Positions 35,385-43,152 of a DNA stretch of 43,152 nucleotides are shown here, in pieces. Source of the stretch: Octopus bimaculoides (Eukaryota); assembly GCF_001194135.2 (NCBI RefSeq), contig NC_068990.1, forward strand, positions 34,574,740 through 34,617,891. Direction: 5' to 3'. A model generated the notes under the pieces. That model was not told the DNA's origin. It saw only the letters and a list, made by a program, of their open reading frames with translations, and searched no databases. The position numbers and the translations under genes are program-made. Numbering within the stretch: the first letter of the stretch is position 1; each line of letters starts with the position of its first letter.

Positions 35385-36828
35385 CGCGTACATGCATACA
35401 TCCAGGTCTGTATGGGCGCAAGAGAGAGAATCGATGTATCTGTGATTACAATAAACTTGCGGATATACAAGTGAGTCTGCAGTCAACGTGGGCGTATAAA
35501 GAATGCTGTTACATCATATAACGATCTAGCTAATGCAAGTATTCAATAACAACAAGCTGGAAAGTGATGACATTATATTCTCAGTGTAGTATAGTCTGTT
35601 ATCTGGACGACAATCTACGCAGAATGATCTGTAGTGTAAGTTTGTCAAAGGAATCATATTGTATTGCAGCAACTTACGGCCAAAAGGCTGCAAAGCTGTC
35701 AGAGCTACTTGCTGTAAAAGCTTCTGGTTGCATGTTGCTGAAACACTCACACTATGGTTTTTCAACTTCGACTGTATGAGCTGTCTGTATCACCGATATG
35801 TCGTGTCGGCTGTTCTAGTGCTGCGTTTCCATTATGAAAATGCAAAGTATATCACTGTCGTCTTCGTTGACTGTTAGTGTTGTGTAGGCTGTTTTAATGG
35901 CCATAGTATCAGTGGTAAATGATCAAGAATGCTATTAATATAGTAGCATATTAATCGATGACTCGCTAAGAAAAAATAATTCGGTCATCGACTAAATACA
36001 TTTTCGTGAGTTTGCTTCACTGGCATAACGCAGATGCAGCCAATTCTGTCGCAGGAGAGAGTGTGTACAGTTACAATAATACATCAAAATACTAGAACAT
36101 TTGTTATCACCATCCCGTAACCAATCATTGGTCTTCAAATCCATTAAGTAATCTCATTCGTTGGTAAAGATATAAGTTAATTCCTCTTCAGGACTTTCAT
36201 GTGACTATAGTTATTAATCAAGAAAGAGATATAGTGTCCATGCCATTTGTAGATAATTTTTGTTTGGCAAAATGGATGAGGCTGGTGCACAGCTCTGAAA
36301 AATCTGTGGTTCCATAGAAACATATTTGCGTGGGTGAAGCTGCAGAAGTGGACTGAAGTTGTGTAAAAACTAGTTGATTTAAAATCCAGATTATGGAGAC
36401 AAGTGAGAGGCATTACCATCTCAATTGATCAGTAATTAAGGGTCATAAAAATAATAACGTTGCTGTAACTGATCAAGGTTACAAATTCCACCAGATTCTC
36501 GAAACAAACAACATGAGAGTAACCTCGAGCTTCATGTAATATATTGAGACGAGATCAAAAACAAAATGAAACAAGATTCAATGATCGAAATGTAATCGAT
36601 ATTCCTTGAGAGGTAAATGTTTGGAAAAGGTCATCTTTTTAATATTTCAGTAGTTCATGCTTGAGGGTGATGGTCCAGCTTTGTCTGGGATATGATGACA
36701 GCAGCAAATTGCAGAACTATAGAATCAACATCCATATCTGTTTCCGTACAAGCGGTAACACAATCGGACAACCATTCATTCTTTGAAGTTTCAATACTTA
36801 AAATATATATTCGCTTCACAATAATTGC

Positions 36829-37027
36829 GGAGGCGCGTGGCTTAGTGGTTAGGGTGTCAGCATCATGATCGTACGACTGTGCTTTCGATTCCTGGACCGG
36901 GCGACGCGTTGTGTTCTTGAGCAAAACACTTCATTTCACGTTGCTCCAGTCCACTTAGCTGGCAAAAATGAGTAACGCTGCGGGAAACCGGTCCCATGAG
37001 CCTGGGTAGGCTTTAAAAGGGCGCATT
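36829..37027 (+). mobile_element. tRNA-derived SINE family D
   Basis: ggaggcgcgtggcttagtggttaggg (A box), ttcgattcctgg (B box), then CORE-like tgttcttgagcaaaacact and gttgctccagtccacttagctggcaaaaatgagta. Confidence 0.9.
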
Positions 37028-37192
37028 TATTAATTTTTTTTCAACAATTACGTGCTCAGAGAAAGAAATCTGCAGCCGATATTATTGTTACTTTCGTTCT
37101 TGTTGCTTACCCACAACTCGGTCTCCATGCAACTGGTCAATAAACAAATAATACGTTTCACTCATCACCACATCATCTTTCTTTATATAGAA

Positions 37193-37497
37193 CAGGGATG
37201 GGTAACTTTTCGTCAACTGGGGGCCGCATCGTACCATTTCCAAGTGGGAGAGGGCCGCATGATAAAACACATATGCATGAAATATTACTTGCTCACTTTA
37301 CTCCGAAGGAGGGAGGGATGACGAAATTAGATGCAAAATTAACGCGCAAGTTTAAAATGTGAGAGATCATAAGGTTGATAATTGGAAAATTTGAGAAAGA
37401 TGTTTCGCATGTAAAATTTAGTAACCTAGAAACTCTTCGAGGGCCGCACATGTTAAGGGCTGCACGCTGCCCGCGGGCCGCAGGTTGCCCATGCATG
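37193..37497. mobile_element. hAT (Charlie-like) MITE, 305 bp
   Basis: TIRs cagggatgggtaactt and the reverse complement catgcatgggcaacct. The 8-bp TSD atatagaa (37185-92) / atatagag (37498-505) matches 7/8. Subterminal gggccgca occurs four times, two at each end. Confidence 0.9.
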
Positions 37498-37544
37498 ATA
37501 TAGAGCCTCTAGGATTTCCTTATTGACTATATATTCCAATTTCT

Positions 37545-37600
37545 AAGATTGTTGCGAGCAGTTTCTTGGAGATTTGGCAGCTATTTTTAGCATGTCTATC
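37545..37600 (-). mobile_element. Repeat family E fragment
   Basis: ggagatttggcagctatttttagcatgtc is the reverse complement of the family E core. Confidence 0.5.
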
Positions 37601-38346
37601 GAGGAAGTAAACTTTTTCGTATTGGTTCACCCGTGATTGTATTAAAAAAATCCCAGAGAAACTCACTGCTGCAAACAACGCTCTGCATTGTTAAAAGTGA
37701 AAAGTTCAGTGTTATGTTTCTATATAAAATTACCTGCATTCTATCAAAACCAATTCAGTCACTAAATAGTTTGGCAATAAGCAGAAATCCCTTAAAATGT
37801 AATGTAGATCAACTCTAAAACTGATTTCCTGCTAAGTAAATCAAATAGGAATATTCTTGATTTACTTATAAATACAACACTGGTATGATGTTAGATTATG
37901 GTTATGATGAATTATGACTTTTTCAACAAATATGTCAAGCTGAAGAAGCAGAGAGACAACTAAGTATCAGTAGGGAGAGACGACATCAGATACGTAGGTT
38001 TTCCATACTTGCTATATTTTCTGATTATCTTACCTGCTCGAATAAAGCACTTTACAAGAAATGCTGAATATTAGCATAATATTTATTAGATTAGATAAAG
38101 AATACACACACACTCACACACACACACACACACATATATATACATATACACAACATATATACATATATACACACACACATACATACATACATACATACAT
38201 ACATACATAGGCACATACATATGTAAGGCGGAATATAAATTAAAGAATTAAAGGCAAGGTTATGCAACTTCATAGAAATCCTTATTATTAATATTGTTAA
38301 CGCACACACACACCCACACACACATATATATATGTATATGTATATA

Positions 38347-38453
<107 letters not shown>

Positions 38454-38649
38454 TAATAAATCTCAGGGTAGCAAAAAAATATTAGAAATTCTGTATTTAA
38501 ATAAATGAATATATATATATATTTTCCTATGTGTTCATTATGTTGTCCGTAAAAAAAGTTCGTTTTTTTTGTGCTTTGTTTATGTTCCCGTTCCTTTTTT
38601 GTCCACGTTTTTTGACGTCCTGTACCCGGATATGTTTGGAAACTGATAT

Positions 38650-39925
38650 TATAAAGGATCGAATTATAAATGGAGAGTACTAACATAAGAGAATCAATGT
38701 GGAAATACTGTCACTAGCATAAACTAAAAGTCGTATCCTCGTCATCAGGTACAGAGTCAGAATAATCAAATGGGCAAAGATCTTGGGAACGCAGATAGAG
38801 AAACAAGGAAACATGCTGAGGCTCTACAGAGCTTTCATCTACGGGTAGATGTTGATAGATTCTTCTCCAACAGAAAGGAAGGAATAAGATGATTGCTTAA
38901 TGTAGAAAATTATGCTGAAGTAGTAACAGAGAAATTGAAAAAGGAAAAATGCAGGAAACAAAAAGGCGCAGTAAGAAAAGATGATATATTAGCTGAAGGA
39001 AAGGGAAAAGGCGAAGTACTTGGAGCTAGAAATGAAAGATATCAACATAATATATACAGGAACGGTTTTTTCAAAGTACGGAAGGTTATCGAGATCCAGC
39101 GTCATTTCAATAGAAAAGAGTCTTATAAAAAGACAGGTCTCGATTCTAGTCGCGTAGGATTAACAATCAGAACAAGATACATCAAGGACAATATAGATGA
39201 GGAAGCTATTTCGGTTGAATGTAAAATATATGGTGAAAGAGAAGAGAAGTGTTTGCATATAGTCTCTGAATGTAAAATACTGGCTCAGACAATCGATAGG
39301 AACGGGAGATATGACTACATTGCTACAATCATACGTTGACAAATCTGTAAAAAATACTGGTTTGAACTATGTACAAATGATATGACCATAAAATAGGATG
39401 CATCTTTAAAAAAAGAATGCATGCAAAGGTACTTTGGAATGTGAAACTTCAAACAGATAAGCTAATATAACATTCACGCCCAGATATTGTCGTTCTCAAT
39501 AAAGCGCTGCATGTTGCTTAATCGCTGTTACTTGTCCGTTTAATGCAAAAATGGTAGTAAAAGAACGTGAGAACATAAAAAAAAATACTAGGACCAAAAT
39601 ATACGAACTTCAAAGAATCTAGAATTGCCATAAAGTTATCATTATCCCAATTGTAATAAGGAATCGTAGGAACAGATGCAAAGTGTTTGAATAGCTGGTT
39701 AAAGAGATGAGTTTCCTGATTGCACTGAAAGCCTGTTTGTTTGGCACAGCAAAGACTACAAGAAAGATGCCAGGCACAAAAACTGACAGGATCATACTTG
39801 CTAACTTGTAACCCAATACTGATTAAACAACATTGAAATGTTGTTAGACCAAAAAAAAAAAAAAAAAAAATAATGATGATAATGATGATGTTGTTGATGA
39901 TGACGATGTTGATGATGATGATAAC
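38650..39925 (+). mobile_element. Decayed RLE-type (R4/Dong-like) non-LTR retrotransposon, 3' ~1.2 kb with tail
   Basis: Motifs GNTVTSIN..IRYRVRIIKW, AFHLRVDVDRFFSNRKEG, IRTRYIKDNID...CKIYGEREEKCLHIVSECKILAQ (decayed CCHC knuckle; ORF 38893-39339), HSRPDIVVLNK (39471-39503; RLE PD motif), VTCPFN..KERE and IIPIVI..GT..LKACLFGTAK. These are followed by (A)n and (TGA/TAA)n at ~39851-39925. Confidence 0.9.
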
Positions 39926-39939
39926 AACAGTATCAATCA

Positions 39940-40135
39940 TAATAATTTGTTCTACTGCTGGAATAAGGCCTGAATTTTTTGTGGAGGTGGGGGTCGAGGT
40001 AATCGACCCGATTCCTCAAACAGTACTTGTTTTATCGACCTCAAAACGACGAAGGGCAAAATTGACTGCATTGGCATTTGAACTCAGAACATGAAGCCAG
40101 AAAGAAATGCTTCAAAGCACTTTGTCCGGCGAGGC
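39940..40135 (-). mobile_element. SINE family B
   Basis: The reverse complement contains ccggacaaagtgctttg...ttctgagttcaaatgcc...gaggtcgataaaacaagtactg...ggccttattcc. Confidence 0.8.
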
Positions 40136-40264
40136 CATAAAAACAACAACACCAATTATAATAGTTATAATAGCAACATCAACAGGAACAACAACAACAA
40201 TAATAATAATAATAATCTTTCATCTATTATGTTTTACTTGTTTATGTTTTACCTTGAATTTTTA

Positions 40265-40696
40265 GTCGAATGAATCAACCCCAGTACATATTTTTTAAGC
40301 CTGGTACTTATTCTATCGGTCTCTTTTGCCGAACTGTTAGGTCAACATACCAACGCCGGTTGTCAAGAGGTGACGGGGAATCAAACACACACACGCATAT
40401 ATATATATATATATATATATANNNNNNNNNNNNNNNNNNNNNNNNNNNNNNNNNNNNNNNNNNNNNNNNNNNNNNNNNNNNNNNNNNNNNNNNNNNNNNN
40501 NNNNNNNNNNNNNNNNNNNNNNNNNNATATATATTTATATATATATATATATACACGATGCGTTTCTTTCAGTTTCCGTCTACCAAATCCACTCACATGG
40601 CTTTGGTCAGCCCGCGGCTATAGTAGAAGATACTTGCTCAAGGTGCTACGTAGTGGGACTGAACGAGGAAGCAGACTTCTTACCACACAGCCTCTC
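40265..40696 (-). mobile_element. Composite SINE family A spanning a gap in its internal (TA)n
   Basis: Both halves match 17804-18218: cctggtacttattctatcggtctcttttgccgaac... and ...ctaccaaatccactcacatggctttggtc...gtgggactgaac...cttaccacacagcc. Confidence 0.9.
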
Positions 40697-40703
40697 GTAC
40701 GCC

Positions 40704-40766
<63 letters not shown>

Positions 40767-40794
40767 TGATGATGATGATGATAATGATAATAAT
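40704..40794. repeat. (TAA)n(TGA)n microsatellite
   Basis: Read directly from the sequence. Confidence 0.98.
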
Positions 40795-41780
40795 CTTTCA
40801 CTCTTTTTCTCTTCTTCATCAGAATGATTCTATGGAAACTCGCCAAATTCGACACAGGCTAAATATACTGAAAACATGTGAAGATGTGAACGAGATGAGT
40901 CAACAAACGTTGACGATGTAGATATGAAAGAGACACAGTTTCGATAGATCAGCTAAATAGATCCGTTTATTGAATGGTTTTGGAGAGATCAGTGAAATAG
41001 ATTCACGATGTAGCAACTATATTGAAGACACAGCTTCATGTATTGTCGAAGGTCAACAACTTGTAGATATAATATAGATAAACAGATTGCGTAGACGTGT
41101 GGAGTGAAACATTAGTTGAAGATGCAAAATAGATAAATGCAGAAGTGTATGATAAATAGGACAACAAAATGTGTAAATATTGACTTGTTACAACATGTAA
41201 GTGCTGTCTGTTAAGACACAGACTACAAATGTCACCATGTTTGATGTGAAGTGCACTGGTCATTGAATCACTAAACGTTAGGAGATATAATAGATCGACA
41301 TTTAAGTAATCATTATATAACCAGTTTAAGAGCTGTCGTAGCATACTTATCTCCCCTAGCTACTTAACGCTACTGATATCTCAAGTTATACTACATACAT
41401 ACATGCATACATACATACATGCATGCATACATACATGCATGCATGTAAGCATGCATGCATACATACACGCATATATACATGAGTGTGCGCGTCTTGCAAT
41501 ATTATACATCAGGTTTCAAACGTATATTTAAACTAATTATGAGATCATATTCCACTATTGTTAGTTCGAAATTGTCGCTTAGCAACTCTCTTCATTCTGC
41601 TTAGGTCATTATACATCAGTGCACGGTAAACAGGAGACCTTATCTCTTATCTGCAATAGTCCAGTGCTTTTTGTCTAACTGCATCCGTACTACTGAAACA
41701 AGTGATTCTGACGGAGGTTAACCCTTTCCAGAGCAAAGGTATAGAGAAGTTAGTCATTGCATATCTCCACCCTGGGGTAT

Positions 41781-42159
41781 GTGGAGGCGCAATGGCCCAG
41801 TGGTTAGGGCAGCGGACTCGCGGTCATAAGATCGCGGTTTCGATTCCCAGACCGGGCGTTGTGAGTGTTTATTGAGCGAAAACACCTAAAGCTCCACGTG
41901 GCTCTGGCAGGAGATGGTGGTGAACACTGCTGTACTCTTTCACCACAACTTTCTCTCACTCTTACTTCCTGTTTCTGTTGTGCCTGTAATTCAAAGGGTT
42001 AGCCTTGTCACACTGTCATGCTGAATATCCCGAGAACTACGTTAAGGGTACACGTGTCTATGGAGTGCTAAGCCACTTGCACGTTAATTTCACGAGCAGG
42101 CTGTTCCGTTGATCGGATCAACTGGAACCCTCGACGCCGTAAGCGACGGAGTGCCGACA
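41781..42159 (+). mobile_element. Full-length tRNA(Arg)-like SINE family C (379 bp) with an 18-bp TSD
   Basis: The head ggcgcaatggcccagtggttagggcagcggactcgcggtcataagatcgcggtttcgattccc carries A/B boxes and resembles tRNA-Arg. The flanks atctccaccctggggtat (41763-41780) and atctccaacctggggtat (42160-42177) match 17/18. Confidence 0.95.
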
Positions 42160-42246
42160 ATCTCCAACCTGGGGTATAAAGCTCCATTAAGTATAGAAAG
42201 TCTATTTCAGAATGTAGAGAACAATTGCTATATTTAACTGTTTAAA

Positions 42247-42430
42247 GGCTGCGAGCTGGCAGAATCGTTAGCACTTCCGGATAAAATACTTAGCGTCATT
42301 TCGCCCGTCTTTGCCTTTCATCTTATGGAGGTCGATAAAGTAAGTACAAGTTGAACCCTGGGGTTGATGTAATCTACTTCTCCACCTCCTGAAAATTTGC
42401 TGGTTTTGTGTCGAAATAAGGAAAGATTAT
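42247..42430 (+). mobile_element. SINE family B with an internal deletion
   Basis: ggctgcgagctggcagaatcgttagcac...gtctttgcctttcatc (B-box segment missing)...tttgctggttttgtgtc...aagattat. Confidence 0.85.
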
Positions 42431-42445
42431 ATGTAGATGACAGAA

Positions 42446-42605
42446 GGCGGGCAACTGACAAAATCGTTTGTACGTTGGACAAAATGCTTAAAGACATTTC
42501 CTCCGGTTTCTTTCATATTCTTCCAAGGTTGACTTTGTCTTTTAATCCTTTTCGGGATCGATGGAATAAGTGTCAGTGGAAGACCGGGGGTCGATATCAT
42601 TGAGA
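42446..42605 (+). mobile_element. SINE family B, degenerate, in tandem with the previous copy
   Basis: ggcgggcaactgacaaaatcgtt...ggacaaaatgcttaaag...aggttgactttg...gggatcgatggaataag...gggggtcgat. Confidence 0.75.
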
Positions 42606-42786
42606 AGGTTCAGTCTCAATATTTCAGACCTAGCGCCAATAGAAGAAAGTAGAACGAAGAAAGAATTATGAGGAGATGAGAGAATTGGACATTGCTTAAG
42701 ATTCACCGAGTTCTTGAGAATATGTAGCAGAACATTTGTGAATGCATGCATGCATAAATGTATGTATGTATGTGTGTATGTATGTA

Positions 42787-43060
42787 TCTAGTTATGTATG
42801 AATATATGTATGTAAGTAGGTATGTATGTTAGTATGTATGTATGCATGTATGTATGAATGAATGTAAGAGTGTATGTACCTATACATATATGTATGTATT
42901 AGTACATATGCAAGTATGTATATATGTATGAACGTATGTATTTAGGTATGTATGAATGTACGTAAGTAGGTATGTATGTTAGTATGTATGTATGCATGTA
43001 TGTATGAATGAATGTAAGAGTGTATGTACTTATACATCTATGTATGTATTAGTACGTGTG
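42787..43060. repeat. 150-bp-period duplication built from degenerate (TATG)n
   Basis: gtaagtaggtatgtatgttagtatg...gaatgtaagagtgtatgtac...gtattagtac at 42812-42910 and 42962-43060 are nearly identical. Confidence 0.92.
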
Positions 43061-43152
43061 CATGGCAGATATATATGTCTGTGAGTACACACACAGTAAC
43101 ACACATACACACACATAAAGTCGTACCATATCTGCTTGAAATGATAAGTATA

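Noticed and set aside
35345-35395. Z-DNA-prone (TG)n(CG)n and triplex-prone (GA)n/(CT)n tracts
   Set aside because: They are real but ubiquitous in this window, with nothing locus-specific to suggest function.
35450-36800. Several 50-80-codon ORFs (35526-35877, 36177-36419, 36655-36800)
   Set aside because: No domain is recognised, they overlap on both strands, and there are no convincing splice pairs.
40800-41340. Possible further retrotransposon remnant (DNKMCKY*)
   Set aside because: A single weak motif with no supporting colinear motifs.
41785-41860. Apparent tRNA-Arg gene, and similar heads at 2194, 18150-18218, 27875 and 36829
   Set aside because: There is no complete acceptor stem, and each head continues into a multicopy SINE body. 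These are SINE heads, not tRNA genes.

Overview
AT-rich, microsatellite-saturated eukaryotic non-coding DNA from a draft short-read assembly, with nine N-gaps, most abutting (TA)n. The SINE repertoire and repeat landscape match my recollection of octopus genomes (Octopus sp.). This is an inference, not a database hit. I found no recognisable host protein-coding exon, rRNA, intact tRNA gene or CRISPR array. Nearly all ORF-track entries are translations of microsatellites or N-gaps. The window contains: (i) about 30 SINE or SINE-like copies in five working families (A-E, labels mine), one full-length with an 18-bp target-site duplication; (ii) two decayed restriction-like-endonuclease (RLE; R4/Dong-like) non-LTR retrotransposons; (iii) four IS630-Tc1-mariner relics, namely a DD37D/maT transposase C-terminus, a mariner C-terminus, an N-terminal HTH transposase fragment and a 218-bp mariner-derived MITE; (iv) two hAT-type MITEs with 8-bp TSD-like flanks; (v) several minisatellites and local duplications. 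I could not support a new biological system. The best leads are three tail-to-tail inverted SINE pairs (possible dsRNA/ADAR substrates if transcribed), modular SINEs that share heads but swap tails, a CpG- and motif-rich promoter-like patch next to a G-quadruplex repeat and an unexplained coding-like segment (28.9-29.9 kb), and a degenerate 13-bp minisatellite.
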